A DNA stretch of 64,000 nucleotides from Octopus sinensis. Taxonomy: Eukaryota. The notes below the pieces were generated by a model. It was not told where the DNA came from and did no database searches. It saw only the letters and a list, made by a program, of their open reading frames with translations. The position numbers and the translations under genes are program-made. The DNA lies in NCBI RefSeq assembly GCF_006345805.1, contig NC_043019.1:16057360-16121359 (forward strand), read 5' to 3'. Every line of letters starts with the position of its first letter. Position 1 is the stretch's first letter. Shown in pieces: positions 1 through 13,495 of this stretch.

Positions 1-9
1 AAAAACATC

Positions 10-470
10 TTCTCCCATAGAACAACCGGTCTAAATTGTAGCCTCAATAATATGAAGCATTAAATTGTTAAACACCAACCGAAGCTAGAATGGTGGAAGC
101 GCAGAGAGTTCCAAAGAATTTAAGAATTCAACGAAATATTTGACAGCCTCTGCCGGATCTGGAACTAAATCTATAGATATATATGGTTTTACATACCTGT
201 ATATTTCCTGAAATACGATACAATAACTTACTATTTATGCTATTGACAGCCCTTTCACGTAAATACTTGTGATTTTGCTGGTGGTTCTGAAAATTTGGAA
301 ACACTCTTGCTAATAAGTTCATCGAATGATGAAACTGATAAGAGATGTATCTAAATGGTCATCTTCATCAAGGAGTACCTTACCTTCTCCGTGTTCCAGT
401 AAATTCTGAGTGATTTCTTTAGCAAAATAATTGCCCGAAAACAATTCGGCTCTCATATTCTTACTTAGGC
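10..470 (-). mobile_element. Degenerate Helitron Pif1-helicase C-terminal fragment (copy 1)
   Basis: Frameshifted translation gives LSKNMR..LLEHGEG, RVFPNF..YLRERA..VNSINSKLL and DPAEAVKYFVEFLNSLELSALPP. These match the Helitron helicase motifs (ERAILAP, EAVxYPxEFLNSLExxGLPPH). Confidence 0.75.
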
Positions 471-605
471 TTATACATACATATATACATACATACATAT
501 ATACATACATATATACATACATACATACATACATACATACATACATGCATGCATGCATACATACATACATACATGCATGCATGCATACATACATACATAC
601 ATACA

Positions 606-639
<34 letters not shown>

Positions 640-888
640 CATAAGCATATAAGCACAAACACTTATCGATAAATATATAGATAGATATGTATGATAGTTA
701 TATATATATATAGATAGATACATGTGTGTGTGCATATGTTCATACATATAAACATACACACACACACACATATATATAGAGCAGTTGTATACTGTCAACT
801 TCATGGGTCTGTCACGTTAAGTTGACAGTATACATCTCCTCTATCGTCCCACCACTGCTTATATCTCTTTCAGATATTTAGAAACGTA

Positions 889-943
<55 letters not shown>

Positions 944-1788
944 ATATATATTATATATATAGCATAGCTGTACACACGCGTGTATGCATGTGAATGTAAG
1001 CTAGACATAAGGAGAGAAGAAATATAGAGAAGTGCAGGAGTGACCTGAAAGACACTTTTCAAGAAATAATTTAATTTTCTTTCACATTTTTCAACGAATT
1101 TAATAAGATATTCTACGTTCACTTCAAACTTGATGTCTTCGCGAACAGAACAGAAATTCTCATCTCCAAATATCAACACCAAAGACTGATAAGCGATTGA
1201 ACAATACCAGTTTCCTCTTTAGAAAGCGGTCTTTTCTTACTTTATGATAGATGAGTGGCTAATTACAGTTTTATAAAGATGTAATGAGTATTTTTTAATG
1301 AAGTTAATAGGGAACTTTACCTTCAATGCTGACATGAGACGTCTCCTTCGTTGAGAGTGCAGGAACCAACTGATACGACTCAAAGACGATGGTTTAGCTT
1401 AGAAAGTTATCGTCTGCTAAAACTGGAAGAAAGGAAAATTCGGTTGTTTCCGGATAATTCCGGTTTGAACTTCGTTTGTGAAATAACTGTGAGTGAGTGA
1501 GTGAGTGTGTGGGTATGTGTGTGTGTGAGATAGAGAGAGAAGAGAGAGAGAGAGAGAGGTAGAAGAGGGAGCGAGAAGAGATAGAAGAGAGGGAGAGAGA
1601 GACAGAATATATATATAGAGAAAAATAGTCTCTGTGTTAGAGAGAGAGTAAGAGAAAAGAGAGAGAGAGAAGAGAGATAGAGAGAGAGAGAAAAAAAGTG
1701 TCTGTGTTAGAGAGAGAATAAGAGAGAAAGAGAGAGAGAAGGAAGGGACAGAGAGAGAGAGAGAGAGAAAGAGTGAAAGATAGGGATA

Positions 1789-2235
1789 TCTCCCATAGAA
1801 CAACCGGTCTAAATTTTGTTAAACACCAACCGAAGCTAGCTAGAATGGTGAAGCGCAGAGAGTTCCAAAGAATTAAGAATTCAACGAATTATTTGACAGC
1901 CTCTGCAGGATCTGGAACTAAATCTATAGATATATATGGTTTTACATACCTGTATATTTCCTGAAATACGATACAATAACTTACTATTTATGCTATTGAC
2001 AGCCCTTTCACGTAAATACTTGTGATTTTGCTGGTGGTTCTGGAAATTTGGAAACACTCTTGCTAATAAGTTCATCGAATGATGAAACTGATGTACAAAT
2101 AAGAGATGTATCTAAATGGTCATCTTTATCAAGGAGTACCTTACCTTCTCCGTGTTCCAGTAAATTCTGAGTGATTTCTTTAGCAAAATAATTGCCCCAA
2201 AACAATTCGGCTCTCATATTCTTACTTAGGCTTAT
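1789..2235 (-). mobile_element. Degenerate Helitron helicase fragment (copy 2)
   Basis: Same motifs as 10-470. Confidence 0.75.
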
Positions 2236-2374
2236 ACATACATATATACATACATACATATGCACACATATATACATACATACATACATACATATATACA
2301 TAAGCATATATATATATGCATATAAGCATATATGCACAACCACTTATAGATAGATAGATAGATACGTATGATAG

Positions 2375-2469
<95 letters not shown>

Positions 2470-2490
2470 GTGGAAGGAACACACGAGTTG

Positions 2491-2603
2491 ATATATATGA
2501 AAAACAAGTCAAATAGAAAATGCTAAGATGATTTTATAGTGAATCTTTCACTATAAAATCATCTTAGCATTTTCTATTTTTGACTTGTTTTTTCATATAT
2601 ATA
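2491..2603. repeat. Near-perfect hairpin, ~53-bp arms, 3-nt loop
   Basis: ...TGCTAAGATGATTTTATAGTGAA-tct-TTCACTATAAAATCATCTTAGCA...; absent from copy 1 of the duplication. Confidence 0.9.
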
Positions 2604-2765
2604 TAATATATATATTACAGATGTGTGTGTGTGCATATGTTCATACATATAAACAAAGAGACACACACACACACATATATGGAGCAGTTGTATACTGTCA
2701 ACTTCATGGGACTGTCACATTACGTTGACAGTATACAACTGCTGTATCTAATATTTATATTTATA

Positions 2766-2834
<69 letters not shown>

Positions 2835-4113
2835 CATAGCTGTACACACGCGTGTATGCATGTGAATGTAAGCTAGACATAAGGAGAGAAGAAATATAGA
2901 GAAGTGCAGGAGTGACCTGAAAGACACTTTTCAAGAAATAATTTAATTTTCTTTCACATTTTTCAACGAATTTAATAAGATATTCTACGTTCACTTCAAA
3001 CTTGATGTCTTCGCGAACAGAACAGAAATTCTCATCTCCAAATATCAACACCAAAGACTGATAAGCGATTGAACAATACCAGTTTCCTCTTTAGAAAGCG
3101 GTCTTTTCTTACTTTATGATAGATGAGTGGCTAATTACAGTTTTATAAAGATGTAATGAGTATTTTTGAATGAAGTTAATAGGGAACTTTACCTTCAATG
3201 CTGACATGAGACGTCTCCTTCGTTGAGAGTGCAGGAACCAACTGATACGACTCAAAGACGATGGTTTAGCTTAGAAAGTTATCGTCTGCTAAAACTGGAA
3301 GAAAGGAAAATTCGGTTGTTTCCGGATAATTCCGGTTTGAACTTCGTTTGTGAAATAACTGAGTGAGTGAGTGAGTGTGTGTGTGGGTATGTGTGTGTGT
3401 GAGAGAGGGAGAGGGAGTAGAAAGAGTAAGAGAGCGAAAGAAAGAAAGAGACAGAGAGAGAGAGTGACCGGGAAGATGGCAGGTGTGAGAAGATACAGTA
3501 AGAGGAGTCGAAAACAGGATAAAAGAAAGTGATGTAAAAGATAGGGAGTGAGAGAGAGAGAGAGGGGGGGGGAAGAAAGAGAGAGAGGGAAAGAGATAAC
3601 GAGAGAGAGAGAGATAGCGATAGACGCGTGTGAAAGAGTGATAGTGGGAGAACATTGTAAGAAGGGGTTGTAAAAAGGAAGACAGAAAGGAATATGAAAG
3701 ATAGGGAGTGAGGGAGAGAGAGAGAGAAGGGATAGAGAAAAGAGAGAGAAAAAGAAGTAAATACAGAAAGTGTTTAACTTATTTGTAAATGTATATTTTT
3801 TCATGGCTATGCCCGTTACTTTCATGGATTTGTATATTTGTTTTACGTCACAGATGTATTAAAATGTTATTGTTGTTTAAAATATTCAAGCTATAGATAA
3901 ACTGTCTTAACTTTTCATCTCATCCAATGTGACCCTCCGTTTTTAAAACGGCAATGAGTGACATTGGGATGTATGTCTGTGTCTGTGTGCGTATGCGTGC
4001 GTGTATGTGTGTGTATATGTGCGCGCGAGTGTGTGTATGTGATTGTGAGAGGGAGAAAGTGAGAGAGTAAGAGAAAGTATACATACATGCATACATACAT
4101 CTGTCTGTGTGTG

Positions 4114-4152
<39 letters not shown>

Positions 4153-4153
4153 A

Positions 4154-4211
<58 letters not shown>

Positions 4212-4212
4212 T

Positions 4213-4850
4213 GTAGCAGAGACACCTGCCGTTGCTCGGGATTAAAATGGCATAGTTTGTATATAATATATTACAGTTATGTTGAAACAGGTGAGATGGA
4301 AAAGTGCAGCATTGACAACAAAACATTTGTGGAGTAAATGCTGGGCTAATTCGACTAAGCAACATGCTATGCGTCTGTTTGGAGTATTTCAGGCCCTAAC
4401 CTGTGGGGATTATGTGATTTTTGAACGCACCGAGAAGCTGTCAGTGGATACACTCTCTTTTGCAGCAGTCGGTGCTGTGTCTAACACGACCCATCACCTG
4501 AAATGTTGACACCGCCTTCGGGTTTGTTGTCCTATATCACTCATAAAGTAAATTTGGAGGAACTGTGGTTGTTCATTAATGGATAACAGGGAACTTGCCC
4601 TTGACGTCCTCGTAAATTCAAGGTTATCTTCTTAGATGCATCAAACGATGTCATCTGCAGAGTTGTATTGTCTGATATTATTCAGAAAATCCTTTGACTG
4701 GATGGAAATTCCTTCTAGAAGATCCATAAGTGGTTAAGAAGGAGCTGGTAGTGCTGGCAATGTTATCTGACCGCCTGAGCAGCACATACCATTTGTTTCA
4801 TTTGAAAATTTTAAATCTCTACAGAAAAGACAATTTGTGTTTAGCACAGC
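4213..4850 (-). mobile_element. Internally deleted Helitron: N-terminal Zn-finger-like coding relic plus degenerate 3' terminus
   Basis: The minus strand of 4505-4845 translates as CLFCRDLKFSNETNGMCCSGGQITLP..FLNNIRQYNSA..MTSF..QFLQIYF (Helitron RepHel N-terminus, with a stop and frameshifts). The 3' end reads CCCGAGCAACGGCAGG..GCTAC, matching the hairpin+CTAG terminus at 58616-58642. Confidence 0.8.
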
Positions 4851-4915
4851 AGTTTGGACAGAGTTATTATTTTTATAAGAATGGGATGGATCATATCTGA
4901 AAACAGCTTTTATTC

Positions 4916-5556
4916 ATTCAGCTGAATAAAATGACTACTGTTGTTTGTCAACAACAACTTCCAGCGGTGTATATTTCGTTTGTTACTGTTATTTATGACA
5001 TATTTAATCTTAGTTACGTTTGTATGAAAAACCGAGTGTATCTGAAGCATGTTTACTTCATGGCACCACCACAATCGTTCGTGCATTTCTACTGCTTTTA
5101 GTTTTTTTTTCCTGTTTTTCAGCTACTATTTTCGGAAAGAATTTTTTGCCCCCTACCCCTCCCTCTCCAATTTCTTTATTTTTCACTTTTTTCCGTAACT
5201 CTAACCCTAAAATCCCAACCCTAACCCTAATCCTAAAACCCTAACCCTAACTTTAAAACCCTAACCCTAACTATAAAGCCCTAACCTAAAAACCTTAACC
5301 CTAACCCTAAAACCCTAACCCTAACCCTAAAACCCTAACCCTAACCCTAACTCTAAAACCCTAACCCTATCCCTAACCCTAAAACTAACCCTAACTCTAA
5401 AACCCTAACCCTAAAACCCTAATTCTAACCGTAGAACCCTAAAACTAAAGCCAGTACAAATGCACGAACGATGTCATAAATAACAGTGACAAACGAAAAA
5501 TACACCTCCGATAGTTGTTGTTGATAAACAACGGCAGTAATTTTATTCAGCTGAAT
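4916..5556. mobile_element. MITE-like element with ~115-bp inverted arms enclosing a telomere-like array
   Basis: 4916-5001 plus 5074-5104 is the reverse complement of 5441-5556. Both outer ends contain the palindrome ATTCAGCTGAAT. No clear TSD. Confidence 0.55.
5200..5445. repeat. Degenerate interstitial (CCCTAA)n / (TTAGGG)n array
   Basis: About two dozen CCCTAA hexamers interspersed with variants such as CCCTAAAA and CTCTAA. Confidence 0.9.
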
Positions 5557-5817
5557 ACACGTTATTGATTGGTTGAAATTACCGAAATACGACAACTTTA
5601 ACACGAAATAACTTTGAAAATATAAACTTTTCTCAACAACACTAAGAGTAAAAGATGTGTTATATGACACATTCTACCAGTGTCCGAAGTTTAAAAGTGT
5701 TTAGTTACAAAAAATTAATTTCTTGATCTGCCGTTCAAAGGGGAAAAGATCTCGAAAAAATTGAGAGAGGAAAGAATGTGTAAGGATTAACGGTTCAAGA
5801 TAGATAGTTAGAAAGAT

Positions 5818-5975
5818 AGGCGCAGGCGTGGCTGTGTGCTAAGAAGTTTGCTTCTCAAACACATAGCTACGGGTTTAGTCCCACTGTGTGGCACCTGGGG
5901 CATGCGTCTTCTTTTATAGCCTCGGACCGACGAAAGCCTTGTTAGCGGATTAGGTAGACGGAACCTGAAATAAGC
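5818..5975 (+). mobile_element. tRNA-derived SINE, family 1 (5' part)
   Basis: GGCGCAGGCGTGGCTGTGTG..AGTCCCACTGTGTGGCACCTGGG; homologous to the copies at 19315, 44561 and 45447. Confidence 0.75.
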
Positions 5976-6026
5976 CCGTTCTATCTATCTGTCTATGTAT
6001 CTAACTATATATCTCTCTCCCTTTTT

Positions 6027-6060
<34 letters not shown>

Positions 6061-6207
6061 GTATGCAGCACGGAATTTTGTCAGTGAACAGGTCGCGGTC
6101 TCAAAGCGACGAAAATATTTTGACAAATTAAATTTAAACGTTGAAAGTGAATCTAACGGTTTTTGTGTGTTTCTTAAATGACTTATAAACACCTTCCACG
6201 CTGCAAT

Positions 6208-6289
<82 letters not shown>

Positions 6290-6958
6290 CGCGCGTGCGT
6301 GCGTGTGTGTGTGTGGTTGTGTCCGGGTTTGTCTCCCACCACCGTTTGACAGCCGCTGTTGATGTCTTTCCATCACTATAAATTTGCGTTTCGGCAACAG
6401 AAACCCATAGGATAAGTTCCAGATTTTACAAAAAGAAAAAAAAATTGTGGAGGTGATTCGTCCAACTGAAATTCTGCAAGGCGGTGCCCCAGCATGGCTG
6501 CAGTCTAATGACTGAAAAATGTAAAAGAGAAAAGATAGATACACATTCATACAAAAACATTGGCACACATAGATACACACACACACACATATGTTAGTGA
6601 TAGTTTATTACAATTTCATCTTGGTCGTTGAGTGGATACGCGTACGTGTGTGAATGTGGCATGTATGTAGTATGTATGTATGTATGTATGTATGTATGTA
6701 TGTATGTATGTATGTATGTGTAAAAGAGAGGGAGAGAGGGGATGAGGAAGGAGAGAGAAGTGGAAGGAAGGAGATATGGGCAAGGATAAGTTATGAAAGC
6801 GTGCGTGGATATGTGCATGTTGCGTTGGTCTGTGTCGTGAACAGAAAAGAACGTGTCTCTCTGGATGACATCTGTGCTAAAGTCACAAACCTTATCTCCA
6901 CTTAGCTACATCAACCCCAAACTAACACACACACACACCACGTATGTATGTATTATGC

Positions 6959-7009
<51 letters not shown>

Positions 7010-7066
7010 AATCTATGCATATATATATATGTGTATTTATGTATACATATATGTGTATTGGTATAC

Positions 7067-7104
<38 letters not shown>

Positions 7105-7276
7105 GTATACCAATACACATATTTGAGTATATCCACTGACAGCTTCTCGGTGCGTTCAAAAATCACATAACCCCCATATATATATATACGTATATGTATG
7201 TATACATAGATGTGTAAGTATGTATGTATACATATATATTTATAGTTCAGATTTACAGAGAACAAAAGACAGGTTT

Positions 7277-7314
<38 letters not shown>

Positions 7315-8000
7315 TCGTAAATAATACAATCTAAAGAAGAAACAAAAATTAATGACATACATTAATACAACAAATGCATTAAGACATTCAGAACAGAAGA
7401 ATAATTTTATAATAAAAATAAGAAATATATGAAATAAGAATAGACATGAAAATATAGGCAAAAAGAAATTCGATATGTGGAGTGATATAGCTAATATATG
7501 AAGACCTTATTAAATATTTAAAAATAAAAAAATAGAATCAAAAATTGAAAATTAAAAGTTAGATTGACGACAATGAGAAACCTTAATAAGGAATTTAAAC
7601 ATCAAAGAAATATATTTGTTTTAAGAGTTCTAAAAAATATATATAACGGGTTATAACAGGTAAGAGGTAATTCTACGGCCGTTCCAGACGTCGTTTTGTC
7701 ATGGTAAGGTGTAAATCTTATAATTCACGTATGGACAATGTCACCTTCATCAGGAAAATAGAGACCAAGGTTCTAAAGAAGATATAGAGTAAGGAAATTT
7801 ATATATATATATGTATATATAGGTTCATCAAAAATTTAGATTCGAATGAATATGGTACTTAATTTAGATGCACCAGAATTTTGTATGGTGTTATCCATAA
7901 AAATTTGCGGGGTGATTATAATCAAAATAAGCAACAAGAATGACTCCGGTAATTTGGTACAATTGTTTCGCACTACATCATTTTATTAAAAGTTGTAAAT

Positions 8001-8051
<51 letters not shown>

Positions 8052-8270
8052 TACATACACACACACATAAATGTTTTATCGTATCTTTAATTTTTTTCTA
8101 TATGGTATGATTTAAGTATATCATTGTTGAATTGCCACATGGTGGTTCATCTCCAATTTATATACATGTACTATATATATATATATATATATATATCACT
8201 GTACTTATTCCACGTCCTCGCGTTGCTTTTTTTCCTGTTTGTTCATCTTTGGATTGACTATATATATATA

Positions 8271-8316
<46 letters not shown>

Positions 8317-9144
8317 TATATATATATGCATAGATATATAATATACATATATATATACATCATGCATAAATACGTACACAAAACACGCGCGCACACACAT
8401 ACACAAGCAGAGCTAGATGGCCCAGAGTATATTTGAAAGTCGTGACCGCTTACAGCTGAGTAGACTGTGTCATGTTGAGATTTAAGAGGGTTAACCTTTG
8501 ACACCACAACTGAGCCCTTGTGGCATCTATTTATAGTTGGATGAACTCAGCTATTTCCCTGTTAAGTTTCCTAATCATGATTTTAATACACGGCAATGCA
8601 GAATGCAGGATTCGATCCATCAACCTCTCGACCCGTACTCCGTCGCTCTACCTCATCCAGACGCACGTCCATCCATCTTGATAATTACCTTTTATGGGAA
8701 ATAATGGAAACTTGTCAAATTTATTCTGGAAACCTCGAACCAAACCACAAATAAACAAATAAATAAAAATAAGAAAAGTTAAAATTGATAGAAGGTGTGA
8801 TCAATGTAAGAGATCGATAATCGACTGATTAACTTGACCTCACCTTATTGAGAAGGAAGAGGGAGAGGAAGAGCTAAAGTGACAGTGAAAGAAGGGAAGA
8901 GAGAGGGAGGGGGAGGTTGATGGATAGGCAAAGAGAGGATGATGGGGAGAGAGAAAGAGAGAGAGAGAGGGAGGATGGTTAGTGGAAGGAGAGAGATGGG
9001 AGGGAGGGAGGGAGGGAGGTAATAGGTGAATATCAAATCAGAAAGGTAAATTATCGAAAAATGGTGAGACGGTTCATATCGATGATTTATGGTTGAACAC
9101 TATACAATGTTGGCTATTGTTGAGAGAAGGGAAGAGAGAGAGAG

Positions 9145-10200
9145 AGGAGCGACAGACATATATATATAGAGAGAAGGGGTAGACGTATAGAGAGAGGGGG
9201 CAGATATATATATATATATATACAGAGGGGGAGAGAGGGGGAGAGGAACAGACATATATATAGAGAGAAGGGGTAGACGCATAGAGAGAGGGGGCAGATA
9301 TATATATATATACAGAGGGGGAGAGAGGGGGAGAGGAACAGACATATATATAGAGAGAAGGGGTAGACGCATAGAGAGAGGGGGCAGATATATATATATA
9401 TACAGAGGGGGAGAGAGGGGGAGAGGAACAGACATATATATAGAGAGAAGGGGTAGACGTATAGAGAGAGGGGGCAGATATATCATACAGAGGGGGAGAG
9501 GGGCAGAGAGGAGGAGAGGGGGAGAGGAACAGAACTATATAATAGAGAGAAGGGGTAGACGCATTAGAGAGAGGGAGCAGGACATATATATATAACAGAG
9601 GGGGGGGAGAGAGGGGGAGAGGAACAGACATATATATAGAGAGAAGGGGTAGACGTATAGAGAGAGGGGGCAGATATATATATATATATACAGGGGGGAG
9701 AGAGGGGGGGAGAGGAAAACAGACATATATATAGAGAGAAGGGGGGTAGACGTATAGAGAGAGGGGGCAGCAATATATATATATATATATACAGAGGGGG
9801 AGAGAGGGGAGAGGAGGGAGAGGAACAGACATATATTAGAGAGAAGGGGTAGACGTATAGAGAGAGGGGGCAGCAGATATATATATACAGAGGGGGAGGG
9901 GAGAGAGGGGGAGAGAGGAACAGACATATATATAGAGAGAGGGGGGGGTAGACGCATAGAGAGAGACGCAGACATATATAATATATACAGAGGGGGGGAG
10001 AGGGGGAGAGGAACAGACATATATATAGAGAGAAGGGGTAGACGTATAGAGGAGGAGGGGGCAGATATATATATAATTATACAGAGGGGGGAGAGGGGGA
10101 GAGGGAGACAGAGAACAGACATATATATAGAGAGAAGGGGTAGACGTATAGAGAGAGGGGGCAGATATATATATATATATATTAATATATATATATTATA
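9145..10200. repeat. Composite purine-rich minisatellite, ~90-bp unit with embedded (TA)n
   Basis: The unit GAGAGAAGGGGTAGACGTATAGAGAGAGGGGGCAGA(TA)nCAGAGGGGGAGAG..GAACAGACA recurs about 11 times. Confidence 0.85.
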
Positions 10201-10410
10201 GTGAGAGAGGGGGAGAGAGAAGGGAGACAGAAGGGAGAGAAAGAATTGAAGGGAGAGAGATGGGCAGGGGGAGGAGGAGAGAGAGAAAGAGAGGAGAGAA
10301 AAAAGTGACAGGTGGAGAGGGAGAGCGGGGGTGTGAGGGTAAAGAGGGGGAGAGAGTGGCAAAGAGAAGGAAGGAGTGAGGGAGAGAGCCGACTGAATGG
10401 GTGTAAGAAG

Positions 10411-10443
<33 letters not shown>

Positions 10444-10868
10444 CAAAAGACAGCGAGAGTGTGGGAGGGAGAGGTGCAACAGAGTGACAGAAACAGAGGC
10501 AGACAGACATGTAGACAGGCAGACTGACAGGCAGGCAGACTGGCAGACAGGCAGACTGGCAGACAAACTGGCAGACAGGCTGGTTTAAAGAGACGGAATG
10601 GATACGAGGACAAGAATAAAAGCAACACTGGCAACAACAACAAGAAGAGGAATAACAACAACAACAATAGCAACAGCAAGGGCAAGGGCAAGGGCAAGGG
10701 CACGAGCAACGATAGCCAGGGAACGTCATTAACAACAACAACAGCAACAATCACAATAACGAAGACAATAATAGCAACAACATTAATGACGAAGGCAATT
10801 GTAAATACAAAACGTAACAACAGCGACAAACAAAACGAATAAACAAACACCAACAGCAGCAAAATCAA

Positions 10869-10984
10869 CATGATCGTGGTGGTGATGATGATGATGATGA
10901 TGATGGTGATGGTGATGGTGATGGTGATGATGATGATGATGATGATAGTGATGATGATGGTGATGGTGATGATGATGGTGATGG

Positions 10985-11015
<31 letters not shown>

Positions 11016-11022
11016 AGTGATG

Positions 11023-11087
<65 letters not shown>

Positions 11088-11112
11088 GATGATGATGATA
11101 GTGATGATGATG
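10869..11112. repeat. (ATG)n microsatellite running into an assembly gap
   Basis: Direct reading of the sequence. Confidence 0.95.
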
Positions 11113-11212
11113 NNNNNNNNNNNNNNNNNNNNNNNNNNNNNNNNNNNNNNNNNNNNNNNNNNNNNNNNNNNNNNNNNNNNNNNNNNNNNNNNNNNNNNNN
11201 NNNNNNNNNNNN
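11113..11212. other. Assembly gap (100 N)
   Basis: Run of 100 N. Confidence 1.
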
Positions 11213-11414
11213 CAGTTCATAAAATTATAAAGCTATAAAAGTCAATAAAAATTACTATTAATATTAATAATAATAATAAAATAATAATAATAATAATAAT
11301 CATAATAAAATAATAATAATAATAAAATAATAGATACAGTATGTTTGCACCAAGTCCTCCTTTCAAGATCGAAATAACTATATATAGTTTTATATATATA
11401 TATATATATATATA

Positions 11415-11470
<56 letters not shown>

Positions 11471-11945
11471 ATATATAATATATATATATTACACACATAT
11501 GTATACACATGCATATAAACGATGGTTTCTGGAGAGTTACGTCTAGCATATGTCGTTTGCAAATTATTGATTAATCCGGTGATGTGGTTTTACTAATATG
11601 AATTTTTATTTAATGATATTTATTTAATAATATTATTGTATTTCAGGCTTTCTTTTTTTTTTTGCCAAATAAACACACGCACTATATATTTTTCTATTCA
11701 CTCGTTTATTACTCATTTATTTATTCTATTATTTTAACTCATGTCCATAGTCCGGAAATTTTTCGTCACGCATCTGTGACCTCTTCAGCGACACTTTTCG
11801 TTTTCGTGTGTTCTCGCTCAAATTGTTCCATTTATTTAATAACAAAACCCCCAACAATCTCCTCTTCAAAACCAATAAAACTATTCTGAATATTCCTTTA
11901 TATATTCTCTTATATGCACTGATTCCGTTGATATTTCTCTTCTAG

Positions 11946-12083
11946 ATTTGGAAATCGCAGCTTTTAGCTGTGCCATACTATGTATGACGTCAATTCTGAT
12001 AGGCCTCACAGCCGGGGCGGTGAGCGAGTGCCTGCCTAGTCACGAAAGTTTTGTGGTGGCGGCCACGGCGCCACTAATTGCCG
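11946..12083 (+). CDS. Internal exon of a PMP22/claudin-superfamily tetraspan protein (TM2 to start of TM3)
   Basis: Acceptor ttctcttctag at 11945 and donor G|gtgagt at 12083. Encodes LEIAAFSCAILCMTSILIGLTAGAVSECLPSHESFVVAATAPLIA. It joins in phase 1 to the 13496 exon. Confidence 0.8.
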
Positions 12084-12204
12084 GTGAGTAAACACTTTAA
12101 AAACATGTATAATAAACACAAATTTTGTATATATTTCAGCATGTTCTTGCAAGGATGTGAGTATATAGGCGCAGGAGTGGCTGTGTGGTATATATATGTC
12201 GTAT

Positions 12205-12490
12205 ATCACTGTGACCGACCAGGCTATCAGATGTTGCTACACATCGCTGGTCACAATGCGCTTTGCATTGTTTTTTAGCCTTCAAATGACGCCACCCCAC
12301 TGGCTAAGCGAGCAGGCCAACAGAAGAAAGAGAAAATTGTGGCGAAAGAGTACAGCAGGGATCGCCACCACCCCCTGCCGGAGCCTCGTGGAGCTTTAGG
12401 TGTTTTCGCTCAATAAACACTCACAACGCCCAGTCTGGGAATTGAAACCGCGATCCTACAACCGCGAGTCCGCTGCCCTAACCACTGTCG
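12205..12490 (-). mobile_element. tRNA-derived SINE, family 4
   Basis: B-box-like GGGAATTGAAACC on the plus strand at ~12437. The body is repeated at 13146-13345. Confidence 0.6.
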
Positions 12491-12737
12491 TATATATATG
12501 TATATATATATATATGTTGATCGCCATGTTGATTCGTTAGTACTGCACGCATTTTTTTTCTCTCCTTCTTTCTGTGTTTTTTTCTCTCTGTGTATACTTC
12601 TGTTGAAGAGCGTAAGGCTCGAAACGTAAAGACTTGTTTTATTTATATTCCTGAGCGCCATACTAATACAATTGTTTGTTTGTTCCCACCTGCCTTCGTC
12701 TTTTGTCTATTTTCATAAAGCTTCCCGTTATATATAT

Positions 12738-12774
<37 letters not shown>

Positions 12775-13145
12775 CCGGGTCACAAATTCACGTTTATACC
12801 AATAATAATTGGAGCACTTGGTTTTGTAAGTCAATGCTGAACTGACAGTCTGGATAAGCTTGGATTCTCAGAAAAAGAAATCGACCAATTGATTCGTACA
12901 TTACAAATACAAAGTGTAAGCGGAACAGTCGAAATATGCAAAACTTTTCTCAAGTTTAAAATGGGACATTGTTTTTGATATCGACATTCTAACGATGGAG
13001 CTTTCTATGTTTGTTAGAAACCATATCTTCCCTCAAAAGAGAACATACATTCATACGTACATACTTACATGCATACTTGTTTACATGTACATACATACAC
13101 ACATACATACATGCTTGTATACACTCGTATATATATATATAATAT

Positions 13146-13345
13146 ATCACGTGACCGACCAGTCCATCAGATGTAGCTACACATTGCTGGTCACAATGCG
13201 TTCGCATTGTTTTAGCCTTCGAATGACGCCATCCCGCTGGCTAAGCGAGCAGGCCGACAGAAGAGTGGCGAAAGAGTACAGTAGGGATCACCACCCCCTG
13301 CCGGAGCCTCGTGGAGCTTTTAACCACTGGGCCATTGCGCCTCCA
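13146..13345 (-). mobile_element. Second, internally deleted copy of the family 4 SINE
   Basis: Homologous to 12205-12400 (GTGACCGACCAG..CCGGAGCCTCGTGGAGCTTTA). Confidence 0.6.
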
Positions 13346-13495
13346 TATATATATATATATATATATAAACACACACGTACATACATATACACACATATAC
13401 ATACGCACATACTTATACATGCACGCGTATGTACATACATATGTTTCTGTGTTTGTAAATTTTCTAAACCTATTGTTCTTTTCCTGTCTTTGTAG

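Larger units (their letters stand above)
10..3400. repeat. ~1.8-kb tandem duplication (copy 1 from ~10, copy 2 from ~1789)
   Basis: TCTCCCATAGAACAACCGGTCTAAATT recurs at ~10 and ~1789. The segments 940-1490 and 2830-3360 are nearly identical, and the duplicate ORFs are visible in the track. Confidence 0.9.

Noticed and set aside
4279-4509. 76-aa plus-strand ORF as an upstream exon of the claudin-like gene
   Set aside because: It lies antisense within a Helitron relic, and part of it recurs inverted at 7131-7172.
10783-11238. Poly-His and poly-Met ORFs
   Set aside because: They come from an (ATG)n microsatellite and an N gap.
12140-12156. Possible 17-nt microexon (tttcag|...|gtgagt)
   Set aside because: It would need a 56-nt upstream intron and would shift the frame to an immediate stop. 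There is no transcript evidence.
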